A stretch of 64,000 nucleotides of DNA from Azolla caroliniana. Lineage: Eukaryota; Plantae; Polypodiophyta. Location: NCBI GenBank assembly GCA_043228905.1, contig JBHGNT010000003.1, positions 10,726,001 through 10,790,000 of the forward strand. The letters are read 5' to 3'. Under the pieces are notes generated by a model, which was not told the DNA's origin, ran no database searches, and saw nothing but the letters and a program-made list of their open reading frames with translations. Of this stretch, positions 48,254-62,640 are shown one piece after another (the first letter of the stretch is position 1; each line of letters starts with the position of its first letter). Both the position numbers and the translations under genes were made by a program.

Positions 48254-49399
48254 GGTTTCATGTTTTTTAATAATATTTTAAAGAGGGGGATATTGAGATG
48301 GTGGATTCCAGTTAGGATTTGGTAGTTTAAATGGATTAAGGGGGGGTGAGTCCATGTCTCTAAAGAAATGTTTTAAAAGTAAAGATCTACTTAAACTAGC
48401 AAATTCTTTAATGATAGTATTAGTGGAAGGTAGAGAGGATGGTGGAATGTATTTGAGTCCTCAGCTTAGCAATTGTGTTTCATTATTTGTGAGGGGGTGT
48501 TCAGATAAATTGTGAATTTTACTTTCTATTCGAAGGGTAGCATTAAGCAGTTTCCAAAACTTTTTTCGTAGCCACATAAAAGTGTCTGGGGTGGAGGCAG
48601 TCCTATTAAGAAGATAAAATAAGCGTCTACAAGGATGCACGGCGTGTCTAAAGTGTTTGTTAACACGCTTAGCACGCCGTGTTAGTCGTTTTTTGGTCGG
48701 CTAGAAGGTGGGTTCCTATGGTGTGTGGTAGGGGGAGGATTAGTGGGGTATGGTGTGGTGGGTGAAGGGGGTTTTATATTAGAGAGGGGATAATAAGAAG
48801 GGGGTTTATTAAGATACGAGGGAGGGGTAGAGTATGAGTTAGAGGGGGGGGTTTCAACAAATGGGGTAAAAAAAGGTGGGGGGGCCAAATGAAAATTAGA
48901 TAAATGAGGGGGAGGGGTAGTATGTGAATTAGGGGCAAAATAGGGGGGGGCATGAGTTAGATTATTGGGAAGTAATGCAGGGGCATGGATGAGATATGGA
49001 AATAATTGAGAGGGAGAGGGGAGGGGAGGAGGCATTTGTTCATAGAGGTTGCCTCCATATGAAGACAAAGGGGGATGTGAGGAGGGAACAGAGAAAGGGG
49101 AGTAATTAGGGTTCTGAAAACGTGAGAGGTGAGGCTGTTGTGAGCATGGATGAGGGGTTGGAAGGAGGGGTGGTGCAAATGTTTGTTGGCTGCCTTGTGT
49201 AGTCCCAAACAACGCGCCATGTAGGCAGGGGGAAGGGTGCATGAGATGGCTGTCCAATACAGTCCCATACTTGTATACAATAGGGGGGGGAAACGATTGA
49301 TAAAAGAGGCCGCGATCAACCGCGGCATGTTGTTGAGTATTGTGGGGTGGATCACGTTTCTGTGATGTCCAATTATCGTAGGGTGTACCATGTGTACGG

Positions 49400-49640
49400 C
49401 AATTTATTAAGAATTATTCCAATGTTGTGCTTCCGCTCACTCAACTCACACACAAAAATCAACCATTCACATGGAGTTCAGATGCAACCAAGGCATTTGA
49501 AAGTTTAAAACGAGAGTTTACAACGGCACCTATTTTGGCACATGTCGACCCAACAAAACGCTTCATCCTTGAAGCTTATGCATCCGACTTTGCACTAGGG
49601 AGTGTTTTATCGCTGATTGGAGATGACGGACAACTACACA
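49400..49640 (+). mobile_element. Ty3/gypsy RT-connection/RNase H fragment
   Basis: PLTQLTHKNQPFTWS...FTTAPILAH...ASDFALGSVLS. Confidence 0.8.
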
Positions 49641-49662
49641 GAAAATTTGAAGTTGCAGAGAT

Positions 49663-50300
49663 TGTAAAAAGTTAAATGTAGAAGCTTATGAACTGGCAGT
49701 CAATCGGTTATCTAGAGATTGAACAAAAAGGTTCGTTAACACACAACACAGAGTACAGAGTAAGGGAGAGAGAGACTGAGTGAGAGCTAACAGCAAAAAT
49801 TCTATTACAAAAATGCTCAATACATTAGACAATGCTTAAGTGCACTTTATATATACATGCCCATTTGTCAGGGTTGTTATGAAGTACTCACATGAACTTC
49901 AATGCTCTGAAAAGAGCATTTGACACTGGCTGCCTACGTTGGACCTACTTAATAAAATAGGTCTACGTCGAGACGTGTGAAATTCCGGATGGGCTTCCAC
50001 ATCTGGATCCGATATTTGGCTGTTAGGAAACAGGACCCTCCGGATGGTAAAGCAAACATCAATAGGAAGTCGTTGCAAAGAAGAGAAGGTCGTTGACACA
50101 ACTGGCGATGAACGACGAAGGGGTGAACCAAGTGGTCACCTAGAAGTTGGACAAGCACAACTTGTCAATATGGAAGTACCGAATGACCAACTTCTTAATG
50201 GGGAAGGGTCATTGGGAATACATAGAGGGAGGATTTGGAGAGGTCGCCCGAGGTGGATGATTATCATCCAACGACATATCAATAGAAAGCGCTCAAGGAT
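49663..50300. mobile_element. LTR-like segment followed by a copia gag remnant
   Basis: TGTAAAA start similar to other copia LTR ends. KLDKHNLSIWKYRMTNFLMGKGHWEYIEG-like gag remnant on + near 50107-50230. Confidence 0.45.
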
Positions 50301-52445
50301 TTAAAAAAATCTCTCACTGTTATCCATTTGCATCATGCTCTAATATCATATAACATCCAAGTAAATAGAATTGGTTATAATTTTCATATATTTATGCTTC
50401 TCTCCTAAGCCATGATGTAGTATCATCCCTAATCAAGGTAGGTCAACGTTGCCATTTTCCCTTAAAAAATTAGGAAAAATATTAATACATAAAAAACCCC
50501 TTTAATAATATAAGGATAATACTTGTAAAGCATAAATTTAGGAACTTAATCTACTAAAAATATTCCCAAGCAAATAAAATAGAAAAGAGTATCAATCTAT
50601 TTATTGTACTACTTTGAAATGAATTAAGGATAGAATACATAACATATGCTCTATTGGAGATATATGGTCTATTGTTTTTGAGAACCTTACTATGAAAAGC
50701 TATATGCAAAATCTATTAACAGTCATTTTGTGAAAAATAGTGTTTTGTAGAATTATACAAATTCGACATCCATCAACAATATGTGGGTACTATTGACATT
50801 TATCCAAAAACATATTGTATCCTCTTTGATGGATAGCCATTCTCTTTGTCAACCCAATGAAACCTTGCATTCCACAAGGGGAATGTTGGTTTCATGCTTG
50901 TGTGCTAAATACATGCCTCTCATCTGCCGTAAAAATAATATTGAGTTCACCATAATCAACATAGGATATTTCACATTATATATACCCTTTGAATCATTAA
51001 TCTAAATGTCACAATTGAGAACATCAACATGTAAATTCTAAATGTGTGGCGGTACAAACACTTTCATAAGCTAAAAGTAACTAATTCAAATCCAATTATA
51101 AGTTATTTAAATTAGTCTTTTCATGAGATGATGTAGGGGGGAGGGTTCATACTTGACATGATTAAATTTAAATAAACATAAAAAAAATCAATATTTGAAG
51201 ATTTCCCAATTGGTGAATTTGCTAGCTCTATGTGTGCCAGGGGGTCAATCCAACCAATTCCATATAGCTAATCGATTGCAGGTGGCTCATATCTAATCAC
51301 TTATTGCATTTGCCAATGAAGCACAACCTTGCGGCAAGGAAACCCTACAATCCTTGAAACTAATAGACTTCTTTTGCATGTCAAATGATCCTTATGTGGT
51401 CTCCTTTCCTTGCATGTTCACACTCAAATGGATTTAGTCTAGTTTGAAGAGGTTGGGCAAGAAACTTCATCTCCTAGACCAATGATGTTTTACCACATCA
51501 ACATGGATTTGTGGTTCAACACTTGGTCTAGTCTCTTTCTTATTCTTTAATACATGTTAACACATAAAACATGATTCATTGTGGGCAAGAAATTTCTCAT
51601 CCTCACTAAAATGATGTTGTACAACATGAAAATGGATTTATGAAGTGTAAGACTCAAGCTTTCGTCTTCAACGTCCAGTTGCCCATATAGTTCTAGCCGG
51701 ACAAGGAGATTTGTCCAACCCACACCCGCCTCGTCAATGGTGTGACACTACATGAAATATGGATTTCCATAATGCGAAGTTAGTCATAGACATTGATGTC
51801 ATTTGGTGACACAAGTGAGGCCGGAGTGGAAGAATTGCATGTGTGAGAACATGGGAATGGGTTTTGTCTTGCTCCAAGTGTGAGTGAAGTGAATCTATGT
51901 AGTCTTAGTGAAGAGGCTTATATTTAATGTGAAGTGGGCACACAATTAGTAGACATTAATAAAAATGAATGGCATTGGGGAGCAAATTTTTGTTGCTGGA
52001 TGGGCTCGATTTGGAACCGTTGGATCTTAATGAGAGGGAGGGGTTTGATTGCAATAACTATATGTTTGGACCGTTGGATCTACTGCGAGTGAGAGAAGGA
52101 GAGCCGTCGATCTTTCGATTCATTCTTTAAAGGAATTTTTGCTGGGATTTGAGTTGATGATGTGTGGTAAAAAAAAAAGACGAACAAAAACAAAGGAAGA
52201 AGAAAAACAGGAAGCAGAAAAAAAGAGCTTAATTTAAAAAATATAGTTAGTAAAAACTATTTTTATTGCTCCAAATAAATATAGAATTTGCATTAAAAAA
52301 GGGTCAGTAAGTCTTATTATTATTATTATATTTAATTGCCAATTAAGATGAGATTTTAATAAGCAAAACAATATATAGTTTTGGCACACATTTTATATAT
52401 AATAATGTATGTATATTATATCATTTCTATGTATTTATTTTTCCA

Positions 52446-53299
52446 ATATATATATATATATATATAGAAATTAAGAGCGATTGTCGATTGAATAATCGTT
52501 GGAAAAAAATGAAAATAAAATAAAAAACACTCAAAAAACAAAAAACCAATATATATATATACATACATATATTATTAGATATATATATATATATATATAT
52601 ACATATATACTCATCTATCTCTAAGTTGAAACAAGAAATAATGGGGGAAAAAAGAAAATACGAAAAATAGTTTATTTACGCCAGAATTGAATTCTTTTTT
52701 TTATTATCTACTTTTCAATTTATGTATGTATGTATGTATGTATGTATGTATGTATGCAGTGGTCCTCCTCCGTCTGTTTGTTAAAAATACAGTGTGTGTG
52801 TGGGAATTCATACATAATTGAAATGATAATACAGTGCTTACAATTAATGTCTTTTTTATTTATTTATAATCAAACACAAATATTATGAATAGAGAAGGTA
52901 TGTATTCATAAAATCAAATACACCCTTAAAAACCCAGGAAAAACAGAAAACGAATAAACAAACTGAGCGAAATTAAAGAAGAAAAGAAGAAGAAAGGGAA
53001 GGGAAGGGCAAGAAAGTAGGAGACACAAAAAAAAGAAGCAGTAGCCAATGGAAATACATACATACATACGTATATACATGTATTATGTACATATGTAAAT
53101 AAAATATAATGTAAAGCCGAAAATAAAATAAAATCTACATTGGATTCCAAGCAATTCTTCTATCTACATACATTACATTACATTCTTACCTGTTATTACT
53201 ATTCTTCTTATTATTAGTATATCATCACTAAATCCACACTCTCTCTCTCTCTCTCTCGATCGACAAAGAATTTGCACTTCTTTTGTGTTCTGTTCTCCT

Positions 53300-53342
<43 letters not shown>
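52446..53342. repeat. Microsatellite cluster (TA)n, (TATG)n, (CT)n upstream of the host gene
   Basis: Visible tracts near 52446-52466, 52579-52608, 52721-52756 and 53302-53342. Confidence 0.85.
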
Positions 53343-53346
<4 letters not shown>

Positions 53347-54341
53347 TTTCTGTTCCTTTTCCTTTCTATTACTAGAGCTCTGTTTCTCTCGTCACTTACT
53401 TGCATTGCTAATCCAAATCTATTTATATCGCCCGATTCTTTGTACTGCAAGGCTAGTCTTCCTCCTTTGTTTGCCTCCTGATTAGTGCAGGCAGCTAAGT
53501 AATTAGCTGCCCTAATCAGCACCATTTACCATCCATCCTTAATTTCTTTGTTGGAGCTCCTCCCCTGCACAAGCTCTATTAGTATGGCCCTCTTCTCCTG
53601 GATTGATTAGTTGTACCCTTTTTCTCTTGCTTGATTAATCTATCTAGTCAGTCGTAATCCTTTCAATTAGTTAGCATTCATTTTTCTATTTGATGTCAAA
53701 TTCCTTACCTCACACGAGCAACACTCTGTTCTTCTTGATTAAGACACATCAGATTAGTGTGCAGTGAGTAGTGACTCTTCAATCCCCTTTTGTTCTTATT
53801 AATACCATTCTCTCTCTATCTCAACCTCAAGTTGCTTTGGCTGTAAGATCAACACACTTCCTTCTTGATTATGCTAGTCCGATTAGACATGACATTTCGA
53901 TCCTTTGATTAGCTATCCTAATTGATACTGCGTCCTAGCCAATCTCAATTTGCATTTCGAAGCTTAATGAGGGATAGTTGCTCTGCAGATTTCAAGCTAT
54001 ATATACTGATAAATTCTTCCAGACTTGAGTTAACTACAGGGGAATCAAACTTGCAAGAAGCAAGAAAACAGAAGGAAAAAAGCAGGAAAGGAAGAGGAAC
54101 TTGCAAGAAAATTAGCTCTTGCTAACACGGCAACCTTCCACCACATTTTCAAGCTGAGGAACAGAGAAAAAAGACGGAAAATTTAACAAAAGAATTATTA
54201 GTAAAAGAAAAAAGAAAAAAGAAAAACCGAAAAGCTTTTCGATCTCTCCTTCAGAGACTTGATAACGGTGAATTTTTTTTCATCACTGTTTTCTTGTTTT
54301 ATAAATTTCTTCTGCATAAATCAAAGCCTTAGCCATAAGCC

Positions 54342-55060
54342 ATGGGCACGGTAATGTGTTCTTCATCACTATTCGACCTCCACAGAATCAGAGGGTTTCT
54401 ATCCTCTTCTTCTCCTGAAAACCCTAACATTAATTCGTCATCAGCACCAAATATCCATGAAAAGCTTGAGAAAGAAGAAGAGGTCCCTGTGGACCTTAGT
54501 GCAAGTAGTTGCCATGGTCCACTTCCACAGGGTTGGGAGCAACATCTTGATCTCAAGGTTGGTAACTTCATCTGTCTGTCTATATATCCGTTTCTCTTCA
54601 ATTAATCACGGTTTTAACGCTTAAGTGTCTATTGTTTAAGGGTTAGGGCTTTGTACATTTAAAAGCTTCCTTTCCTCTTCCATTAATTTAGGTGTAAGGT
54701 CTACCGTACCGTCCAGGTTCAAAAGGATAATAATCTATCTGTTTTCGTTTTATTTTGCATATATGATTCCTTTCTTCTTCTTTTTTGCATTTACTTCTAA
54801 TTCAATCCTTAGTCTCTCAGGGTTGGGGCTATGGTTGAAGGATCTCTAAACCCTAGACCTAATCACCATCTCTGATATCAAGTACATTTGAACCTCATCT
54901 TTAACCGCTCTTTTCTCTCCTTCTAACTCTTGTATGCACTATAACTCATCCAATGTGTTGTTGTTCATTTTGGTTCATTCCACATGTTATGCTAGTCCAT
55001 AATAACTCATCTTCCTTTGCATCCTCAATGGTGCATCTCTTCTTCTTCTACTAAGTTCTA

Positions 55061-55097
<37 letters not shown>

Positions 55098-55766
55098 TTA
55101 CTACTATTACTACTGAAATAGACCGGCCAGGTATACTACATCGATTGGACCACATGCAAGAGGACAAGTGTGGACCCAAGAAAGGTGCTAGAGATGGCCA
55201 ATGAGAGGGTGAGGCAGCTCATAATGAGGGCACAAGAGAGGGCCCACATGGGATTGCCTACTCCCCACCATCCCTACAACTACTACGACAATGGTTGGTC
55301 CCATGATAACAACCGCTCCTCTGAATGCTGCATCACTTCGGCCGAGAGCAGCATGAGCATCAATAATGACAATGTGGACGCCACGGACGAAGACGAAGAT
55401 GTGGGTGATCCGAATTGGGACGAGGAAAAGGACACGCAAGAAGATCACATGGATGTAGAAGGCATAGGAACCAGCAGTCCTCACCATGAGAAGAAGGGAT
55501 ATGATTATTATTCCAAGCAAGAAGAGGACATGATGAGCATTCATGATGTAGAAGGGATAGGACCCGGACCCGGTCCCGGACACATGGGTTGCCTTAGTCT
55601 CTTTGAAACTTGTGGACCACCTCGGCATCATCATCGGCTCCACAACACCTGCTCTCCTCGCCCGCGAGAGCTCCTCGAGCTCATGGGTTGTCATCATTGC
55701 CACTCTAGGTTCGTCATCCATCGAGCAAACCCATGGTGTCCATCTTGTGGCATGTCCTTAGTGTGA
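54342..55766 (+). CDS. WW-domain protein with C-terminal Cys4 zinc ribbon, CURLY FLAG LEAF 1 (CFL1)-like; join(54342..54557,55122..55766), 286 aa
   Basis: A phase-0 GT-AG intron (54558-55121) joins PLPQGWEQHLDLK to TGQVYYIDWTTCKRTSVDPR (WW domain). C-terminal GCHHCHSRFVIHRANPWCPSCG. No disruptions seen. Confidence 0.85.
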
Positions 55767-56956
55767 ACTCTAGGACGAGCATATGCTATCTGGTTTCTCT
55801 ATGTAAAACCGTATCAAACCCTTTACCCCTTAAATCCTAGGGTTTCTTGGTGACCCCATTTCCTTGGTAGTCCCCCAACCAACAATTCTTCAGTCCCCAC
55901 CACCATCACCATATTTGTAAAGATAGCTTTAGTTGAGTGTTGCATTATTATTGATTGTAAAGAGAATCTTTTTCTTTCCCTCTTTCTGTTTTCCTCCCCC
56001 CCCTTTATTTTCCCACAAAGAAATCCTCGCATATATTTTGTTTTTGGAGAAAGTGCTAGTGTTAATTCTCTGTGTAATGAATGCTCCAAGCTATTTGGAC
56101 ACTTTCTACTTGTTTCATCAAAATGATGGAAAAAAACAAAAGGCAAATTACTAATTAGTGCATTAGGAAGGATGGATAAATTCCCCTAATTCAACTTCCA
56201 ACGTAAACATAGCTATATCTTTTCTATAATTAGTTAGGCTAGGAATCACACAAGGAAATTATACATACACATAATGCTGCCTTATGTAACTCTTTTTCCT
56301 ATTCATTTTATTTTTGAAAGGTTTTCCTAGTATTAAGAAAAAAATGCCTAATGCTACAACTTGGATTTATCTGCCCAGAAGTACTACGAGATTCTTACTC
56401 TCTAGTTGTGTTCGAGGGTGAGAGTCCGAGAGAGAGGGGGAAGGCTAATGTTAACTAGTTTGAAGAATTCTAATAGAGTACTTATGGAAATTTGAAAGTA
56501 CAATGTGTACCTTGGGGAACAATTGTTTTTTATTTATCGAGGGAACAATGGTGTGATCCGCTTCCCTAGGATAAAGATGGTCTATAAAAAAATGTGGATC
56601 TACATTATCTGCCTCCCTTATCACATGATGATTCTCCCTACCAAATATATATGTTCTCGATCTTGAAAAAAAATTGAGTTTACCTGGTTACATCTACCTT
56701 CAATTTGTTGATAAGAATGCTCACATCTATGTACATGCTCGCATCATTTCTAGCACATAGTCACAATCTCTTTTATCTTTTTTTTTCCATAAAAAATATG
56801 CTCCATTGGTATTAAAATTAAAAAGGCCAGAGGCACTATACAAATAGTATATAATGTTTGTTTCATCTCCACAAGTATATATCATCAAAGAAAGGACCAA
56901 ATATAAGCAATGGCATTTGACAAGATAAGGATAATTATAATCCATGAATACAACTC

Positions 56957-57480
56957 TCAGTCTTTGCCAATAACACCTTTGCTATGACAAGCTAGGAGAC
57001 CACATATAAAGGTGATAGAATCGGGGGCCATACCGTCAATCTCCAACATGTGAAAACAAGTTAGTGTTTCATCAAAACATCCATGTTCTATAAGCTCTAT
57101 CATCATTGCATTCCATGAGACCACATCTGTAGTTAGAAGCGTCTGAAACACATCTACCTTTGCCCCTTGTCAGGGTCTCTAAAAACTTCATGTTGCATTC
57201 ACAAAACACATCCAATAATTCAATAAATAGCCATATCTTGCATACATATGTAGAAATTGTCATAGACTTTGCCCATTAAAACCGTCTTCAACCATTTGAG
57301 CATGTATAGCCAACCCATCATAGAATGCATTTGTATTGGCCCAAGCACTCAAGCCACTTGGCAAATTTTTGTATGTCAAGACCTTCTTCAACAACTGTAG
57401 TTGAGGACACGAAAGCATTCCATGATGCACATGCCGCTTGGGGTAAACCATGATGGGCCGCCTTGGATAGCCCCCATTTA
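56957..57480 (-). pseudogene. PLS-class pentatricopeptide repeat (PPR) gene remnant
   Basis: DVVSWNAMM..EHGCFDETLTCFHMLEIDGMAPDSITFICGLLAC and GLAIHAQMVEDGF. Frameshifted. Confidence 0.78.
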
Positions 57481-60190
57481 CATGTCCTTCAACTCCACGA
57501 CCATTGAAAATGTACTTGTATTGAATCTCCATACCATCAACAATCCGGTTTATGACAACCTTCATGTTGTCACAACAATGATGCGCCGATAACACCACAA
57601 TCATCTACCTATAAAACAAAATGATCTATGTCCTCATCTCCTCAAACAAAATATGCTTCGACGCGCACACCATCTTCACTCATCCTTATCATAAAAACAG
57701 ACAAACTCTTTCATCTTTATGATTGGGTCATTGGGCATGTTTGGCCACTATACAATTGTCTCTACATCTACCGCCTCGTAGTTTTAAGGCAGATTGTTGA
57801 GTGCCGAGGCCCAATAGTAACCAAATTCATATTATAATCTCCTATGTCATAACTCTATTTGCATGCCATAATGAATTGTCGATTATGATTATAGTAATCC
57901 TTTTCTCTTCATTAAATCTTTCCCACATGTTGATCGAGCCAAATTTGCTTCTTATTTTATTTGTAAAATGGGTTCCCATCGTTCTAACATATAGATAGAT
58001 AGAAATATATCTTTTTTAACGCACATGGGAGATGTATTGCAATCTATGAGACGGAGCCTAACCCATGCATGAGATAAGTGTTGGTAGAAACAAAGGACAT
58101 GTAGAATGTTTGAAAACAAATGAAAGAATAGGTCATCCACCAATTGGTGTCTATTTTATCATCCATTCAATAATACTAGATTGACATTACACATCTATAC
58201 TCGAAACATTTATCCTCATATCATATTGATGCCTTTTTCTTACAAATATTGAGAATTTTGACAAAAGGACATGTGGATGTGCAACCGACTAACGGACACT
58301 GGATGAGAAAGAGGGGATGCACAAATGCAAGGAAATTTAGATGAAAAGGGCTGTGGATTAGGGACAGATAGAATGAGGGGATGGGTTTATGCAAGCGGAA
58401 TCAATGGAATGCAATCCGATGAGTAGGGTCATGATATGAGGAGGCAAGGGAGCAAGAAGCAAGGAGACAAAAAACTTTGACAAACAAAATTGTAACATAC
58501 ATATATTAGTTAACATCTAAGATTAGTTAACCTCCCTTTTTATATATTAGATATACATAGATGTGAACATGATCTATGCTTGTTTTCCTAAGAGTAACTT
58601 ATTGGTTCCCTGAAAAAAAACATTTTCTTTCCTCCCCGAAATTGAAATATTAGGTTATGAAATCCAATGACCCAATTTGGTTAATGGTCGTGAGTCGTGA
58701 CATGTTTGCCAACCCACTTATGCCTCCATTCACTCACTTTGGATCCCTAAACGATCTTTGAATGTTTGAGATTATTGGGAACCCATCATTCTCATCTCCC
58801 AATATCTATCTATCCTTGATGGTGTGATAGTATGTTCTGTCTTGATTAACACAACTATAAATTAGGCAATTACTTGTTGATATAACAAACATCCACGAGT
58901 CAATGGTCATCACCTTTAAAGATAATATTAATGTTATATATTCAATTCTTAAACACAAGCATACTTTCTTAAGCCCATCATATGTAAAACCAATTTTGAT
59001 TATGTTTGTAAACAAAACATAGATGATATTGTGAGCAAGTTTAAGGAACCAAGATGTCATTTTTTATTTTATTGGCTTTCAAATATTTCCTTGGGTTTTG
59101 TTTTTGCCTTACTTTCATTTTAAACTCATATATACTTTTGTACCAGGAAAAATAAGAATTGTCACCCTCGAGGTTTAGTATAAAGGTCAACCTTTGGTGT
59201 CTCAAGAGTCCACCCACATAGGATAATACTTGGGATATTGTTAAAAGAAGGTTGATGTAATCGAGAGTCACTTTATGAATGTGATAGCTTTTGATGTTAT
59301 ACAAGCATTGTAAATTCTTTTTTTAACTTTCAATACATATAGTTATGTTTGATCATCAATTTTTTTAGTTTTATACAACTACTTATTTAGTTATGAAGCA
59401 TGAACCATGATTACTTAACTAGGAGGTGGTTTTCATAACCAAAACAATTGCCTCGTACTTCCAATATTTCAACTTTTTTTAATTCTTTAGTGCACTGTGG
59501 CTCTAGAATGTTTTTCGGGAAGGTTTTTTAATTATTCTCTTTCATTTTGAATTCATGTCCTTTTGGTGACTAGGCAATGAAGAGTTTGAATTTTCTCCAC
59601 ACATTAGAACTTCCACATCAATGACGATATTTTCAGAGAGGTGGTTCTCTAGGTGCTTATTTAGACAAAATCAATAAGGTTGAAATTTCACATAATCAAG
59701 AGTTACTTTATGAACATTAACGATTGTGACACTCCACATAACTTATGAATAAATTTATGATGATAAAATTGAATTTCATATACTTCTCCAGCTTATCAAT
59801 CAAAGAACTATATATCATGTTTCTTAGGTTGGTAGACCTTGCTTTTGGTATGGTCTTCCTTCTAGTATTTATTGCATGGGATGACTTTTGTCAAGGATCC
59901 TTGGATATCCGTCAAAATCCATGCATCTAGGCTTTGAATTTCGTATTATCAACCACAAAACAATAACATATTGCATGACAACAATCCACATGCGGCATTG
60001 CCCTCTTGCCAATTGCATAAATAATCTCTAACAACTGTAAATATTTCTCCAATGGGACTTGATGGTGTATTTATGCTCAATTGTTCTCTCATGAAAGAGA
60101 GTTATATTTTTCTTGGGTCAACTATTGAAATATTAATGTGCTTACACGATGATATTAGACATATTATTTATCGAAGCAAAAGTGTTATTT

Positions 60191-60870
60191 AGCACGGCAA
60201 CGTGGGAACCTTAACTCTCCGAATTGTGTAGAGTGCCCACATGCAGTAGAATCCATACGACACGCTCTGTGGGACTGCCCAACGTCCCATAGAACATGGC
60301 GGGGGGTTGGCCGCTTGTTGCAATTATGCTAGGTGCAAGGTTCAATCAAGTGGGGAAATATATGTTGGCTATCATGGCAGGCTGCAATTGGCCGATACGA
60401 GCATCAGGAGGAGGGGATGACTTTGGTGATAAAAGCACAAGAGGTTCTTTTCTCCTCCAGCGACAATGTCCACTATTTTCCTCTTAATGACAAATCTCAA
60501 GAGGTGTTGGAATTGGTCAGCCCAATAACCCTTTGGATTCTATGGAAACAACGATGTAGGCGAGTCTTTTCCAACCAAACCACCCATCCAACAAGGTTAC
60601 TACAAGAGATATGGAGTGAAATTGTAGCCACTCTGAAAAGCCAATATGATGGCCTTAAAGGTGGCTCCGAGGGAGTTGAAAGACAACGCATAGCCTTCAT
60701 CTAACAATGGTCGTCCTCTCCCTTTCTTGAGTCAGTGGGCTTCCACATTAGATGGAACTATCGCGTCCCTTTAGGGATTTGTACATAATCGCCTCATTTG
60801 TAAAATTTTATAACTAATGGAAGGAGTTTTTTTTTGGAAAAAAAATAAAATAAAAAAAATAAAAAAACAA
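60191..60870 (+). mobile_element. 5'-truncated L1-type LINE 3' end
   Basis: zf-RVT-like CVECPHAVESIRHALWDCP, then ITLWILWKQRCRRVF, and an A-rich tail at ~60838-60870. Confidence 0.8.
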
Positions 60871-61799
60871 AGTAAACATTTTTCACATACTCACAAAACA
60901 AACCGTACTAAGAGTGTCATCTTCATATTACCCTCAATCAATTAACTATCTATTACAATGAGCAACATCTACAAGGGCATTCTCTACTGCAGGAGAAAGG
61001 CGAACCTATTGCTATGCCCATTGCTTACTATGTCACATTTGTATCGCTGCATAGCAACATGACAAATAATACAGTTTTTTTAAATAATTATGATTTAAAT
61101 TGATACATTATGTATAAGTATGTTTGTTGATTGGTATGCTTTTGTTTATTGCATATTGTCTTTGATATCAAATTGAGGTAGATAACACAATTGATTTACA
61201 AGTGTTCTAAAAACAATTTCCAAAAACAAATCAAGGCATTTTTAATTGCAACTAAAAGTGATGAATCATGATGATACATTTACAACTTTGTACAACACTC
61301 AAAAAGCAAGAAAACACACAAAACTTTAAATATATGTGAAATATACAAAATGAGTTTTTGAGCTTGGTCATTAATTTAACAAACCATGCTTGGTATGATC
61401 CCCCTATGTCTTTAAATATTGGTTTAGTGGATTCAAACATTCCTACCCATGTTCTAGACACAATTAACTTTGAGTGTTGTTCAAATTGTATCAATGGTAT
61501 CATGCCATTGAAGCAACTACTACTAGAAGCATGACCTTAGTGCCATTTATTGCCTTTCTCAATGTTACATTTTTTTAAAGAAAACTTTCATGATAGTTCA
61601 ATGTGGAAGGTAGCTCATTTTTTATGGTGTGAATTCCCAACCATGAATAGAATTTGGAAGAATATGAAAAAAATATTGATATGTCATGTTTCACATCCAA
61701 TATGTACACTTTCCCCACTAAAGATTCCACCCATTATTAGAATCTTAATCAATGCTAAGCAAAATTAAAGAGGAAATTAAGGAATAAAGGGCGCCAGTC

Positions 61800-62640
61800 C
61801 ACCCGATCACTCCCTAACGAAGGTGAGTTTTGCCTATCGTGCTTTAAGACCCATAAGGTTTTTCTGGTCACAAAAATATTTTAAGGACTGGTTGTTTGTA
61901 GTTACTATAAAATGATTTCTCGACAAGTACTCTATGACTTAAGTGTATGTATTATTGCAAATAGTTCTTTTTCTTGAATAGAGTATTAAATCCGAGTTGG
62001 GGTAAGTTTCTTACTCCCCAATGCAACAAGTTTGACATCTTGATACAAAAATGCCCCTACCACATAATCACTTGCATCGATCTCAACCAACCTCGTAAGG
62101 TTTAGATAGGTATGGTAAGAGAAGTGAAGGAGCCTCATATAAATGGTCTTTGAGTGTTTGAAGTGACTTATTTAGATGATCATTCGAAGGGATTGGTTTT
62201 GTAGACTTGAGTGTTTGGCCTTTTAAAAGGTTCATAAATAGTGTCGTCAAATGAGAGTAATTGCAAATAGATTTTCATAGAAAGCCCACAAAACCTAAAA
62301 ATGAATGTAGCCCACGAATGGTTAGAGGAGTAGGCCATAGCTCGACTTTCTCTATTTGAGAAGGATCAATTTGCACACCTTGTTCAATGATTAAATGTCC
62401 AAGATAAGTAATTGACTTCTTGAAAAATTCACATTTTCAATATCTTGGCAGAAAATTGTTTGTCACGTAATGTTTGAAGTATAAAGTAGACATGTATACC
62501 ATTTTCATCTAATGTATGGCTATAAATAAGTATATAATCCAAGAATACAATGATAAACTACTCGAGTTGATGTCAAAACATATCATTCATTTTTTGTTGG
62601 AATGTGGTTGGAGCATTAATCTAACCAAAATGCATGTAAT
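61800..62640 (-). mobile_element. Highly degenerate Ty3/gypsy RT-RNase H remnant
   Basis: Minus-strand remnants such as DASDYVVG and FFKKSITYLGH. Many stops. Confidence 0.65.

Larger units (their letters stand above)
43023..49399 (-). mobile_element. Penelope-like element lacking the GIY-YIG endonuclease, in partial-tandem arrangement
   Basis: PLE RT motifs IHNLSEHPLT..LLS*GLKYIP, LADKNMG, FLPKLHK..FRPICS, FDVESLYPSI, KGTTMGS, R*IDD, LPFLD, YLPFSSDHP, RLISRGYP (46289-48530). Coiled-coil ORF 44583-45854. Direct repeat 43023-43254 / 49172-49399. Confidence 0.85.

Noticed and set aside
52010-52115. Repeated CCGTTGGATCT motifs (MSA-like or DNA-transposon subterminal)
   Set aside because: Only three loose copies, with no TIR or TSD found. 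Function cannot be supported.
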